Below, one piece after another: positions 40,649 to 51,657 of a stretch of 64,000 nucleotides of DNA. The notes below the pieces were generated by a model. It worked only from the letters and a program-made list of their open reading frames with translations. It was not told where the DNA came from and did no database searches. The position numbers and the translations under genes are program-made. Source of the stretch: Promethearchaeota archaeon. Lineage in GTDB: Archaea > Asgardarchaeota > Lokiarchaeia > Sigyniarchaeales > SOKP01. How positions within the stretch are numbered: position 1 is the stretch's first letter; each line of letters begins with the position of its first letter. The stretch is taken from contig JAHPZE010000011.1 of NCBI GenBank assembly GCA_019058365.1, forward strand, positions 32,001 through 96,000, read 5' to 3'.

Positions 40649-40972
40649 TTAAAACTCTATTACAAGTTTATTAAATTTCAACTTACTAATTTTACGAACC
40701 CCGTGGTCACCGGAAGCATAATCGCATGTAATTAAACCTGCTTCTTCAAGTTTCTTAATTTGGGCAGAAATATTGGCTTCAGTCATAATTAAATTAGCCG
40801 CAATATTCGAAACATCCATTGGTTCTTCTTGAATATGATGGAGTATTTGACGCCTTGTTCGTGATGACAAGGCTTTTACAATCTTTTCAATTTGCTCATC
40901 TGATTTTATTGAAACTGATTCAGTTTTATTTTGCAAATTGACTTCTAAAATACCAGTCTGTGTAAGTTCCAT
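40649..40972 (-). CDS. ArsR-family winged-HTH regulator
   Basis: KALSSRTRRQIL...VSNIA..ISAQIKKLEEAGLI. Confidence 0.85.
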   Translation of the reverse strand: MELTQTGILEVNLQNKTESVSIKSDEQIEKIVKALSSRTRRQILHHIQEEPMDVSNIAANLIMTEANISAQIKKLEEAGLITCDYASGDHGVRKISKLKFNKLVIEF

Positions 40973-41771
40973 GACTTTTTATCCAACCCTTAATAAATTT
41001 CTAATAGTTATATACATAAAATCAATATTTTAGACGATATTTATATTTACCTTGTGTATTTTTTGTATTCTAAAATTACAAAATACTATAATGATTACAA
41101 TTGATATTAAAATTAAGTATAACTCATTTTTATATTTGGGATTATTTATTTAATAAAGTATTCTTTTAACAAAATTAGATTCATTGATGGTTTTTAAATT
41201 TTAGGGCTTGTAACTATTATTGGATTTTTAGTCAATGTAATATATCCTTTAATTGAATTGGCTCTCTTTAATAATCAAAGTATATTTAGAGAGTACATTA
41301 TGAATATAATAAAAATCTTTCCAAAAATTAATAAAAATACCACAAAAATCCCATTAAGATAAAAATCTTGAATATTTTTTTTCTTACTATGTTTTTTATT
41401 GATTATTAAAATTTAATATTTATAATAAAGAGATAATATATAGCACACAAACTATTCTGGAAGAATTTTAATTCTAAATCTCTATACATAGTTCTATAAA
41501 TCCTTAAAATCCTAATTAATATGTTTTATTAAACTAGACTTTAAATAAAGTTCATTATTTGGAAGAAGGGATTCCATTGATTAAAACAACATACAAGTTA
41601 TAATATTCAAATAAATAGATAATGAAATATTTTATAATTGTATATTTATTTTCCCATAATTTTTGACAAAAATTGTAAATCACTATCATTTATATTCATA
41701 AGTTACTTATATTACATATACTATAAAATTAATACAAATATTACAAATAAAATTCTTTAGGGAGATAATAA

Positions 41772-42434
41772 TTGAGTAGAAATCCGATCCAAAAATCATT
41801 AAATCATGAAAAAAATGCTACATCTAGGGGGAATAAGTTAAATAATTCAACAAGCGTCATAACTGTAAGAATTGATGAAGAATTGAACTATAATCTAGAA
41901 AAAATCCGCACAAAATTAGGGGTTTCTAAGGCTGATCTTATACGAAATTATTTAGAAATGTCAAAATATATAATAAAACAAAAAATTTCAATTCAATCAT
42001 TAAATGATCGGGATTTAATAATTATAAAAAGAAGTTATTTAAGAAAACTAATTGAAAATTGGGATGAAGAAGAACAAATAGATTTAGGTGAAAAATTAGC
42101 TCGATTTATAAATGATTGTGCAAGAATTAATGGAAAATCAGATGATATGGATTATAAAATAGAAATGTGTGATAATCTAGGTTTTTTCCGTAAATTTACA
42201 GATGATGAAAAATATCTATTAATAGATAAGAAATTTGGTCCTTTAAAATTTGTAGAAGCTTTCATATGGACAATTTTTAACAAAGGAGAATTTAATCCAG
42301 ATTGGATTTTTTCAAAAATAGATGCCCAAAGTAAAATAAGGACGGCTTATGAAAAACAGGTACACCCTGTAGAGCGATCATCATCTCATTTTTCATATGA
42401 ATTTGCTAAAATAGTCGAAGAAGAAATTGAATAA
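41772..42434 (+). CDS. Ribbon-helix-helix domain protein
   Basis: VITVRIDEEL...LGVSKADLIRNYL. Confidence 0.72.
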   Translation: MSRNPIQKSLNHEKNATSRGNKLNNSTSVITVRIDEELNYNLEKIRTKLGVSKADLIRNYLEMSKYIIKQKISIQSLNDRDLIIIKRSYLRKLIENWDEEEQIDLGEKLARFINDCARINGKSDDMDYKIEMCDNLGFFRKFTDDEKYLLIDKKFGPLKFVEAFIWTIFNKGEFNPDWIFSKIDAQSKIRTAYEKQVHPVERSSSHFSYEFAKIVEEEIE

Positions 42435-42454
42435 AAATAAGAAGTAAAAAAAAA

Positions 42455-44185
42455 TTAACTTTTATCTATAATTTCTTTTAAACCTAAGATTGGAACAATT
42501 GTTTTATTGGGGCGGAATAAAATTTCATAATTTAATTCATATAACGCCCTTTCCATATAAAAATATGTAATTAAAATATAATTTGGGTTTAATTTTTTCA
42601 ATATTTTTCCTATTAATTGTGATTCCCATATATTAAGAACATTGAGAATAATATCAAGAACTTTTTTTATGGGTCTAGCAGCTCTCCTGAAATAAAGATT
42701 ATAAAGAATTTCTTCTGGTACTTCATACTTCTCTTTTCGAATTATTTTGTGCTCAATGAACTTAAGTAAAGTATTAAATTTTATATAACTCAAAGCTCTC
42801 AAAAAGGAAGCCAAATCTTTTTCAATGGGGAATTTTCCTTTCTTTTCCTCATAGGATAATTGCGGATCACCTTCAAAATCAATAAAGTAAAAATTATAGT
42901 GATTATCAACTTTATTGAATAGAATCTGTTCCATATGTAAGTCTTGGTGCACAGGTTGAATTTTTATTACTGTTTCTTTGAATTCTGAACGAAATCTTTC
43001 TATAATATCTTTAATATCTATAAGGATGGAACTTATTTTTGGTAAATTGAAAAATGCGCTTTCTGGTTGCTCTGTCATGTGACTTAGTAATTCTGAAATC
43101 ATCGAATTTAATCTATATGTATAAGTTTTAAGATACTCTTCACTATTTACTGATTCTAAAACATATTCTTTCTGGGAGGGTAAAATTAAGGATTTATGTA
43201 AGTTTTTAATGTAGTTTCCTATCTCAGTAGATACAATTATAGTTTCAACACAGTTTTTTTTAATCATTGTGGAGATATTTGATTTTTCGGTAAGTAAAGA
43301 AAAATTATCATTAATATCTTTAAATACTATTTTAATCATATTATTTAGTTCATTCCAATATATATCTCCTAAATTTCCTTCATTAGGAACACTTTCTAGT
43401 ATTCCAACTGTTTCTTTATCTTGGATCTTTATTGTTCCATAAATTTTAGGAGCATTTGGAAACTTATTTTTTACTAAAACGTATAATATTGACGGTTCTA
43501 AACTTATAGAATAATCTTTATATGATTTTAATACATACGAGATTGGTTTTTGATCTGGTGATCTTTTATTAGATATGGTTAATGAATATATTAGATTGGT
43601 AGTATTTCCCTTTCCTAATTGATCTAACGAGAGCTCATATCTATCGGGATATAATCCTGCTTCTATTAAATTTTGAACCTTCTTCATGTTAGTATCATCT
43701 TCGAATTGTTTGCTATAAAGTGTTAGTTCCAAATCCATTTTTGGAAACTTTTCAGAAATAGTTGCGTCAAATAACATTTTCTTCCAGAAAAAAAGACAAG
43801 ACTCTGCTTCTAGTAAATTAAGTGTGATTATTTTTTGTTCATTTTCAACAGTCATAGCTAACTTTTTACTAAATGTGTTTTCAGTAAGGCGTAAAATATT
43901 GGACCGTGTTTTTTCATTAGGTTCTAGAATAGTTTCAATTTTTTCATAATAGATTAAAGGAATAAAATAAGTCTTAGAATAGACTGTAGTCTTTACGTCA
44001 ATTATTGTTAGGAAAATCCTTTCCGCGATCGTTTCAAAATATTGTAGCAATACATCAAATTCTAAATTTGATAAAGCTGATTTATCTCCAAACCATCTTC
44101 TTGAGAGCAGCCATCCCTTAAACTCATTCGAATTACATATTCCTTGGATCACATTCTTATCAAAATATTTAAACATAAAAACCAA
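42455..44185 (-). CDS. Maltokinase (Mak/Pep2)-like kinase
   Basis: WL..RRWFGDK, HQDLHMEQ, DFEGDP, DLASFLRALSY, ERALYELNYE..RP. Confidence 0.8.
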   Translation of the reverse strand: MVFMFKYFDKNVIQGICNSNEFKGWLLSRRWFGDKSALSNLEFDVLLQYFETIAERIFLTIIDVKTTVYSKTYFIPLIYYEKIETILEPNEKTRSNILRLTENTFSKKLAMTVENEQKIITLNLLEAESCLFFWKKMLFDATISEKFPKMDLELTLYSKQFEDDTNMKKVQNLIEAGLYPDRYELSLDQLGKGNTTNLIYSLTISNKRSPDQKPISYVLKSYKDYSISLEPSILYVLVKNKFPNAPKIYGTIKIQDKETVGILESVPNEGNLGDIYWNELNNMIKIVFKDINDNFSLLTEKSNISTMIKKNCVETIIVSTEIGNYIKNLHKSLILPSQKEYVLESVNSEEYLKTYTYRLNSMISELLSHMTEQPESAFFNLPKISSILIDIKDIIERFRSEFKETVIKIQPVHQDLHMEQILFNKVDNHYNFYFIDFEGDPQLSYEEKKGKFPIEKDLASFLRALSYIKFNTLLKFIEHKIIRKEKYEVPEEILYNLYFRRAARPIKKVLDIILNVLNIWESQLIGKILKKLNPNYILITYFYMERALYELNYEILFRPNKTIVPILGLKEIIDKS

Positions 44186-44276
44186 GTATTTCAGTTTTTA
44201 ATAATATATTTAGTTATCTTTTATAAGTAAAAATTTTTACATATATTTAAACACATTATTTAATGAATTCATAAAT

Positions 44277-46451
44277 ATGTCTGAAAGAAGTATTCATTTG
44301 CCTATTGTCTTTCACTTCCATCAACCAGTCGATAACTTCAATTTTGTAATAGAAGATTGTTATCAGAAAGCATATGAACCTCTTATTGACAGTATATTCC
44401 AATTTGAAGATATAAAAATAACTCTTCATTTTTCTGGTAACTTATTAGAATGGTTTCTAAATTACAAGCCTGAATTTATTGAAAAAATAAAAATTATGGC
44501 GAAAAGAGGTCAGATAGAAATTATTGGAGGAGGTTATTATGAACCTATTTTTGCTATAATCCCTTATCGCGATAAAATAGCTCAAATAAAAAAATTATCT
44601 GATTTAATTAAAAAGGAATTTGGATTAGAAATTAATGGTGCTTGGTTATCAGAAAGAGTATGGGAACCAAATTATCCTTCATTTTTAAATGATGTTGGAT
44701 TGAAATATGTTATCGTTGATGATAATCATTTTCGCTCCACTGGAATAACAGAGGAAGAGACTCTATATTCATATATTACTGAAGATGATGGAAAAACATT
44801 GCGAATTTTTTCTATTAATGAAGAATTAAGATATTTAACTCCCTGGAAGCCAACATATTTATCTATTGATTATCTAAAAAAAATGATCGATGAGAATGGT
44901 GATAGGATAGCTCTTTTAATATCAGATGCAGAAAAGATGGGTGTATGGGGTACTACTCACGAAATATGTTATGTAGAGGGGCAGGGTCATAAAGATGGGG
45001 ATAACGGGAAACCATTTATACCAGCTTTCTTTGAGCAAATTAGAAGTAATTCTTGGATAAAGTCCATTACATTAACGGAATATATGCAAAAGTTTCCCGC
45101 GAAGAGTTTGATATATCTCCCAACTGCTAGCTATGACAAAATGGAGGAATGGGTGTTACCTACAGAAATTAGGAAGAATTTTAAAAAAATAAGAAAAGCT
45201 CTAATGGAGGATGAGGAAAAAAGAGAAATATATCAATTTCTAAAGGGTGGTTTTTGGAGATACTTCCTTGTAAAATACCCAGAATCTAATAATATGCACA
45301 AGAAAATGATTTATATAAGAAATAAACTAATTTCCACCGAAGAGAAACTACTAAAAGTTAAAAATGAACAACTTGTTTCTTTGATACTGAAAAAGATAAA
45401 CAAAGCATGGGATGAGATTTATAAAGCTCAATGTAATGATTGCTATTGGCACGGATTATTTGGAGGAGTCTATTTACAATTTTTACGGTTTTCAGTTTAT
45501 ACACATTTAATAAATACTGAGAAGATAATTGATGAGATTAGTACTTTAATCAATCCAAAATTGAAATCCTATATTTATATAACACCAACTGATTTTATTA
45601 AGGATAGTAGAACAGAGTACTTAATTGAATCAGATCTTTTTAATATTTACATTAATCCTAATGATGCTGGAACAATTTTTGAGTTAGATTATAAACCCAA
45701 ATCTTATAATCTATTAAATACATTAACAAGATGGCCTGAAGCATATCATGATAGTAAGAAACTTGAATCAAAAGAAGTGCTGGTTGATCGATTTAGAAGA
45801 AGTCTACTACGCATTAGATTTTTGCATGATGATGTGACTCTTGAACAGCTCCAAGCCGATCAATATTATGACTTTGGAGATTTTGTTGATGAAAAATACA
45901 GAGTTACAAGTAATGAAAAAGAAGGTAAAATTGCCATAATAGAAATGGAAAGAATTGGAAGTATAAAAGATCCTGATACTGATGATAGAAACCCCGTGCG
46001 AATTACAAAAGATATACATGTAAAAAATAATGAAATTGAAGTTATCATAAGAATTAATTTCAATGAAATCCCCGGAAAAGAAAAAATGCTAAACAGTATT
46101 GTTAATAAGTTAAATGTAGCTGTTGATATTCCTTTTTTCTTTAATGGAGATACAACTAAATTCAAATGGGAAAGCAAGCAAGTGGATCTTGAAGATAATC
46201 TTAAAACAGAATTATTAGAACCATTTCAATATATTGGCTCGCATTTTAAAGCTTATGATGAGACCTATGATCTAAATTTTGAATTTGAGATTTTAACTAA
46301 AAATGATTCAATTAAAATTAATAAATTTCCAATAATTGCATATGCTTTCACAGATGAGGGCTATAAAGAGATTTATCAAGGAATCAATGTTACTCCCGTT
46401 CTTAAACTTAGCAAGAGTTTAGAATTTCAACTAAAATTACAAATTTTTTAA
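44277..46451 (+). CDS. GH57 4-alpha-glucanotransferase/alpha-amylase
   Basis: HFHQPVDN, GGYYEPI, WLSERVWEP, VDDNHF, DAEK.GVW, YPESNNMH, AQCNDCYWHGLFGG. Confidence 0.92.
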   Translation: MSERSIHLPIVFHFHQPVDNFNFVIEDCYQKAYEPLIDSIFQFEDIKITLHFSGNLLEWFLNYKPEFIEKIKIMAKRGQIEIIGGGYYEPIFAIIPYRDKIAQIKKLSDLIKKEFGLEINGAWLSERVWEPNYPSFLNDVGLKYVIVDDNHFRSTGITEEETLYSYITEDDGKTLRIFSINEELRYLTPWKPTYLSIDYLKKMIDENGDRIALLISDAEKMGVWGTTHEICYVEGQGHKDGDNGKPFIPAFFEQIRSNSWIKSITLTEYMQKFPAKSLIYLPTASYDKMEEWVLPTEIRKNFKKIRKALMEDEEKREIYQFLKGGFWRYFLVKYPESNNMHKKMIYIRNKLISTEEKLLKVKNEQLVSLILKKINKAWDEIYKAQCNDCYWHGLFGGVYLQFLRFSVYTHLINTEKIIDEISTLINPKLKSYIYITPTDFIKDSRTEYLIESDLFNIYINPNDAGTIFELDYKPKSYNLLNTLTRWPEAYHDSKKLESKEVLVDRFRRSLLRIRFLHDDVTLEQLQADQYYDFGDFVDEKYRVTSNEKEGKIAIIEMERIGSIKDPDTDDRNPVRITKDIHVKNNEIEVIIRINFNEIPGKEKMLNSIVNKLNVAVDIPFFFNGDTTKFKWESKQVDLEDNLKTELLEPFQYIGSHFKAYDETYDLNFEFEILTKNDSIKINKFPIIAYAFTDEGYKEIYQGINVTPVLKLSKSLEFQLKLQIF

Positions 46452-46583
46452 TATTTAAACTTTTATTTCCTCTACAAATTTGTAGAGATACATGAGAATT
46501 TTGTCGATATTACCTATCTTTAAATATATTAATAGCCTAATATCACCTATAAAACTTAAAATTTAAGGTTGGTTTTGACATTT

Positions 46584-46727
46584 ATGGGAGTTACTGGAAA
46601 TGGGAAGCGAAGTGGTTGGGTTTATAATAAAAAAACATTGAAAGCTAGTATTGACAATAATCACTTTGTTCGAAATACTCGAAAAAAGTTAATGGAAGAA
46701 AAACTTCGAAAAAAACTCCAGAAATAA
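46584..46727 (+). CDS. 47-aa basic protein (not in ORF track)
   Basis: MGVTGNGKRSGWVYNKKTLKASIDNNHFVRNTRKKLMEEKLRKKLQK; AAGGTTGG upstream. Confidence 0.6.
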   Translation: MGVTGNGKRSGWVYNKKTLKASIDNNHFVRNTRKKLMEEKLRKKLQK

Positions 46728-46895
46728 CCTTATTCTATTAAGACTTAATTTTTATAAATCACACTTATTCTTTCTTAATATTTTTTAGAAGATCTGGCTA
46801 AAACCTTTCACATTCATAAACATGACTTTCTTATACCCAGTTAATCTTTTTATAAATGAAATAAAATTAAAAAAATAATCAACACACACAAAATT

Positions 46896-47045
46896 TTGAA
46901 CGTTACTTGTACTAAGGAAAGATGCTTTAGTTGGAATTGTTGTGATGAAAATCTACAAGCGTGTATTGAAAAATCAGAATATGTGAAAAGGATTAGAGAT
47001 GAACTAAGAAGCAAGAAATTTAAAAAATTAAGGAAGATCAATTAA
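46896..47045 (+). CDS. Possible small Cys-rich protein, start uncertain
   Basis: (TTG)NVTCTKERCFSWNCCDENLQACIEK...KIN. Confidence 0.3.
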   Translation: MNVTCTKERCFSWNCCDENLQACIEKSEYVKRIRDELRSKKFKKLRKIN

Positions 47046-47062
47046 TTTTGTAGAATCATCGT

Positions 47063-47743
47063 CTATTCTGAGGATTCAAATCCATATTTTCCAATAAGAG
47101 GGACAAAACGAACTCCTGTTATTTTGGTTGTGTCGAAATGTGTTCCATGTTTTTTAATAATATATAAAGTTTGGCTATAACTTTTAGATCCAGCGGGGAT
47201 ACAGAGAATACCACCATCAATTAACTGGTCTCGCAGGGGGAGAGGGATCTTAGTTGGCGAAGCTGCGGTTACTAATATTTTATCATAAGGTGCTTCTTTA
47301 GGGAATCCTAATGTTCCATCTCCATGAATTACAGTAACTCTTTGATCATATCCGGTTTCTTTAAGACTCCTTTTAGCATTTTCTACCAATCCTTCATGGC
47401 GCTCAATTGTATATATATGACCAGGAGTTTTCGAATTTTCCGGTGCTACTAATTCAGCACATAAAGCTGCATGGTAGCCTGAACCCGTACCAATTTCTAA
47501 TACTTTATCCCCTTCTTTCAGTTCAAGATATTCACACATCATAGCATTCATATGTGGGGCACTAATTGTCTGTCCTAATCCAATAGAGAGAGGAGAATCC
47601 ATATATGCGCTTGATTGCGCCTCTTTTGGCACGAATTTATGTCTTGGAACAACTAACATTGCCTTAATTACGTTTGGTTTTGTTAATATCTCTCGACTTT
47701 TTAGACTTTCAACAAGATTTTTCCTTTTTTCTTCAAAATTCAT
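47063..47743 (-). CDS. pcm: Protein-L-isoaspartate O-methyltransferase
   Basis: VPRHKFV, GQTISAPHM, LEIGTGSGY, GDG, APYDKILVTAA, VRFVPL. Confidence 0.95.
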   Translation of the reverse strand: MNFEEKRKNLVESLKSREILTKPNVIKAMLVVPRHKFVPKEAQSSAYMDSPLSIGLGQTISAPHMNAMMCEYLELKEGDKVLEIGTGSGYHAALCAELVAPENSKTPGHIYTIERHEGLVENAKRSLKETGYDQRVTVIHGDGTLGFPKEAPYDKILVTAASPTKIPLPLRDQLIDGGILCIPAGSKSYSQTLYIIKKHGTHFDTTKITGVRFVPLIGKYGFESSE

Positions 47744-47748
47744 AGCAT

Positions 47749-48990
47749 TTATTGCTTCAAATGTAATATAAAAATTTTATCGTTTATTTCGACCTCTTTA
47801 TTAATACGGAGATTAATTCTTACTGGGTCACTATAACGTTTTCTAACTATACTTGTAATCTTTTCTCCTTTATATATCATTTTTTTTATTGTTTCATTGG
47901 TACAAGTATTAGATCCAGTAATAATTATTTCATCACCAATTTTTAAAGGAAACTCTAAACTTTCTAATAGAACATTAGCAGATTTACTTTTTTTATCATA
48001 AGATAATATTTTTCCTAAGTAATGTTTTTTATAACGTGAAACATTTCCTCTTTTTTCTAATTCAATTTCCTCAATAGTTGGCCTTTGGAAATAAAACCCT
48101 GTATGAAATCCTCTGTTATACACACTTGATACTTTTTCCAGCCAAATCTTTATCTTATCGTTAGTATAGGTTTTATTAAAATAACTATCTATCGCTTCTC
48201 TATAACACTCAACTACGGTTTTTACATATAAAGGATCTTTCATCCTTCCTTCTATCTTGAAGGCATCTATTTGAGCATTAATTAATTCGGGGATATATTC
48301 TATCATGCAAAGATCTTTAGCATTTAAAAACAACTGACCATCATAAATAAATTCATTATTCTCATCATCTAATACTTTCCATTCTCTTCTGCATGGTTGA
48401 AGACAGTTTCCTCGGTTTGCAGAATATTCTTCTGAATCACCAATAGTAGCAGAAAAATAACATCGACCTGAAATTGAAGTACACATTGAACCGTGAACGA
48501 AGCATTCAATTTTAGTTTTTGAAAGGAAATGTTTTATAAGCTTGATTTGCTTTAATGATAATTCCCTAGCCAAAATTATCCTTTCTGCTCCAAGTTCTTC
48601 ATAAAATTTGGCAGCTTTAATATTGGAAACGTTTGCTTGTGTTGATATATGAAATTTCATATTATTTCTTTTTGCGATTCTGATAGCAGCAAGATCATGA
48701 GCAATAATAGCATCAATATCAGCATCCTTTGCTTCTAAAATTAGTTTTTCTAAATCTTGTAATTCTCTATCATATATTAAAATATTTGTGGTTAAATATG
48801 CTTTTATTGGCGGATTTTGGCTATGACAGAATTCAATAACCTTCCTTAAATCTTTTCTTTCAAAATTTTTAGCCTTTTGTCTCATATTATATTGCTCTAC
48901 ACCAAAATATATAGCATCTGCTAAACCGTTTACTATTTTTAGGGAATTCCATTCTTGAATTGGAGCAACTAATTCTGGTCGATTCTCCAT
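47749..48990 (-). CDS. Peptidase U32 family protein (tRNA/rRNA hydroxylase-like)
   Basis: HISTQAN, ILARELS, FVHGSMC...SGRC, NRGNCLQPCR, FKIEGR. Confidence 0.9.
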   Translation of the reverse strand: MENRPELVAPIQEWNSLKIVNGLADAIYFGVEQYNMRQKAKNFERKDLRKVIEFCHSQNPPIKAYLTTNILIYDRELQDLEKLILEAKDADIDAIIAHDLAAIRIAKRNNMKFHISTQANVSNIKAAKFYEELGAERIILARELSLKQIKLIKHFLSKTKIECFVHGSMCTSISGRCYFSATIGDSEEYSANRGNCLQPCRREWKVLDDENNEFIYDGQLFLNAKDLCMIEYIPELINAQIDAFKIEGRMKDPLYVKTVVECYREAIDSYFNKTYTNDKIKIWLEKVSSVYNRGFHTGFYFQRPTIEEIELEKRGNVSRYKKHYLGKILSYDKKSKSANVLLESLEFPLKIGDEIIITGSNTCTNETIKKMIYKGEKITSIVRKRYSDPVRINLRINKEVEINDKIFILHLKQ

Positions 48991-49080
48991 ATTAAAAATT
49001 AAAGTTTTTCTTTAACATTCTATAATATACAAATATAAAATAAAGAATATGAAAATTGTCATTGCAAAAGAGGTTAAAAA

Positions 49081-49403
49081 ATGAAGTCATCAATGCCAAA
49101 GTGCAAAATAACTGTAATCAAAAGAGCATTGAATAAGGATTTAATTGAGGAATTTATCAGCGATAAATATGCAGATATCAAAGCATGTGATATTTTTAAA
49201 GATGGGCAAGAAGTAATAATAGACCCAAATCTTGCTAAGGGTCCCATGGATTTTGTGATTGGGCTTAGGCACATATACGAAAAGATATAATTACTATTGC
49301 TGCGGGAGGTAATATCATTGGAATGAAAAAAAGATGTATTATTATTACTGGATGTGGCGATTGGTTTCGACCTGTAATTTTTAAAGTGGAAAGAATGGAA
49401 TAA
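49081..49403 (+). pseudogene. Disrupted TIGR04076-like protein (one frameshift plus in-frame TAG)
   Basis: KCKITV..CDIFKDGQE in one frame; GFCDWA*AHIRKD...CGDWFRPVIFKVERME in another; TAG at 49266-49268. Confidence 0.75.
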
Positions 49404-49416
49404 AATGAAATAATAA

Positions 49417-50001
49417 TCATTTATCGTTTAATAGCCATTTTCTCAATTTAAGAGCAATAAAGTAAAAAATAATCGGAGCAGCTAACCAAATTAATTGAGG
49501 CAGTAATGTAATATTATGACCATTAAAAATGAATAATCTAGGATTCCACCAATATTCAATATATTCCCAAGCATTACTAAAAGTGCTGGTTAGTTCAACA
49601 ATCAATTCAGAAACTTGACTATAAATAATCATTATAGCAAATTCACAAGATTTAAACCTCTCAAAAATAGGTTTCTTACACATAATTCGTATAAGTAAAA
49701 CTCCTAAAAGGAACAACCCTCCATCCCATAGGCTATGAGTTATTATTATTAAAATTGTTGAAACCGGAGAAGGTAATGGAGGTGGGATTATAAATCTTGC
49801 TGGGGGAAGACTGCTAATTTCGTTTGCTATAGATAATGGAAGTTCCCAACACAGGCCTAATAAAAATCCAGTCCAAAATAAATACCAAAAATTTTTGCTT
49901 ATCTTTTGAAATTTATATAAAAAATAAACGGTTAAGCAAATTAAGATACCAGCAATCCAAATAAACCAATAAAAAAGCGCCACTTTTAATATTTCTTTCA
50001 A
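49417..50001 (-). CDS. Integral membrane protein
   Basis: About 5 TM helices; WE, HSLWDGG, LPQLIW. Confidence 0.7.
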   Translation of the reverse strand: MKEILKVALFYWFIWIAGILICLTVYFLYKFQKISKNFWYLFWTGFLLGLCWELPLSIANEISSLPPARFIIPPPLPSPVSTILIIITHSLWDGGLFLLGVLLIRIMCKKPIFERFKSCEFAIMIIYSQVSELIVELTSTFSNAWEYIEYWWNPRLFIFNGHNITLLPQLIWLAAPIIFYFIALKLRKWLLNDK

Positions 50002-50086
50002 TCTTAAATAGATTATATAAAAATTAAAAGCGTTAAATGAATTATTGAAAATAAATTAATAAAATATTTTAAAAAGGGATACAAAA

Positions 50087-50653
50087 ATGAAAGTTGTATT
50101 ATTTAATGGAAGTCCAAGAAAAGAGGGCAATACATATCATTGCTTAAATGTAGTGATGGATGAATTGAAAGCTGCTGGAATTGAATGTGATTATAACTGG
50201 ATTGGAATGGAAAAATTACAAGGTTGTACTGCTTGCATGAAATGTACAGAAAATGATGATCAGAGGTGTGTATTGAAAGGGGATAAAATGAATGAATATA
50301 TAGAAAAAATGTTAAATTCTGATGGAATCATTATTGGTTCCCCTACATATTTTTCAGATTTATCAACAAGCACAAAAGCTTTAATAGAACGTGCCGGATA
50401 TGCAACTGGAGGACATTTGAAGCATAAGGTAGGTGCAGCAGTAGTCGCTGTTAGGAGAGCTGGCGCAAATCACGTATTTTCTAGCATTAATTACTTCTTC
50501 CTCATTAAACAGATGTTTGTAGTAGGATCAAGTTATTGGAATGTCGGTTTTGGAAGGCAACCGGGAGAGGTGTTAGAGGACGAAGAGGGTATTAGAACAT
50601 TTGAAAATTTAGGGAAAAATTTTGCTTATTTACTTAAAAAACTTAAATCTTAA
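50087..50653 (+). CDS. Iron-sulfur flavoprotein / NADPH-dependent FMN reductase family
   Basis: GSPRKEGNT, CTACMKC.{6}C, GSPTYF, GSSYWN. Confidence 0.9.
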   Translation: MKVVLFNGSPRKEGNTYHCLNVVMDELKAAGIECDYNWIGMEKLQGCTACMKCTENDDQRCVLKGDKMNEYIEKMLNSDGIIIGSPTYFSDLSTSTKALIERAGYATGGHLKHKVGAAVVAVRRAGANHVFSSINYFFLIKQMFVVGSSYWNVGFGRQPGEVLEDEEGIRTFENLGKNFAYLLKKLKS

Positions 50654-50910
50654 TCTTTTTTTGAAGATTTTTATCGTTATAATATGGAAAATATAGCCTT
50701 AAATTTAATAATGCTGAAAGAATGCTTATTAGTAAAGCTCTGGCTTTTATGAAACGCAATAATATTAATTACTTTTACTTAAGTTTTTTATTGCCTGAAA
50801 AAGCTTATACACAAAAAGATGTTGAAAATATTTTAAACCTGATAGAAAGAAATATCTTTCAATTAAAAGAAGTAGAAGCCTTAAAATAAAAAAAAAAGGA
50901 AGAAAATTAA

Positions 50911-51516
50911 TTATTCAGGTTTTTTTCCCTTTCTCCAATAAGCAAAGTATACAATTAGTAAGATTATTGCTGCTGGAATTCCGATATATATTAAGAGCCA
51001 CATAATTGTTAAGAACCATGCATATATCCAATAAGAATAAGGTTCACTACCAAAAGGAGCGTTGTAATGTCCATCAAAAGCAAGATAAATACAATAAAAT
51101 ATTAACATAAAGAAACCAAAACCACCACCGCCCCCATATTCTTTTTTTCTATGGGTTTTTTTCTTCTCTCTGTCTTTGAAAAACTGTTTTTTTTCGGGAG
51201 CTAAACTACGCCACCATAAATAACCTCCTAAACCAAAAAACAATCCTGCTGGAACACCCACAAATAAAAGTTCCCATAAAATTAGAAGGATAATAAAACC
51301 TACGACCCAATTCATCCTCCATTCGCCAATTAAAGCAGCACCTTGTCTTCCAAGTGGGGTTGTTTCAATAAACCAAAACAAAACAAGAAGAGCTCCGATG
51401 ATAGCACAAATACCGGCAATAATTACTACTACAAGTGGTATCCGATAATCTCTCCAAATTCCTTTCCAAAATTGCTTTTCACTTAATTCATCACTATTTT
51501 CCATAAAGATTACCAA
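50911..51516 (-). CDS. Integral membrane protein
   Basis: 4 TM helices, GGGGG linker. Confidence 0.7.
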   Translation of the reverse strand: MVIFMENSDELSEKQFWKGIWRDYRIPLVVVIIAGICAIIGALLVLFWFIETTPLGRQGAALIGEWRMNWVVGFIILLILWELLFVGVPAGLFFGLGGYLWWRSLAPEKKQFFKDREKKKTHRKKEYGGGGGFGFFMLIFYCIYLAFDGHYNAPFGSEPYSYWIYAWFLTIMWLLIYIGIPAAIILLIVYFAYWRKGKKPE

Positions 51517-51657
51517 TTTTTTTTGTTAAAATTTTGTATAAGATATAAAGAGAAGTATTTAAAATTAACTAGCATTTATTATTGAATGGTTTTATAAACT
51601 TATTCAGAAGCACAAAAAATATAAGAAAAAAGAACTATTAAAATTATAAGGATATAA

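Noticed and set aside
40973-41771. Recurrent TATTACA/AATAC words upstream of the two RHH genes and the ArsR gene
   Set aside because: Too short and AT-rich to separate from background by eye
49266-49268. In-frame TAG as possible pyrrolysine
   Set aside because: It replaces a conserved Trp (TGG->TAG) and the gene also has a frameshift; no pyl genes seen
50722-50889. 55-aa ORF
   Set aside because: No motif or clear start signal; may be a remnant
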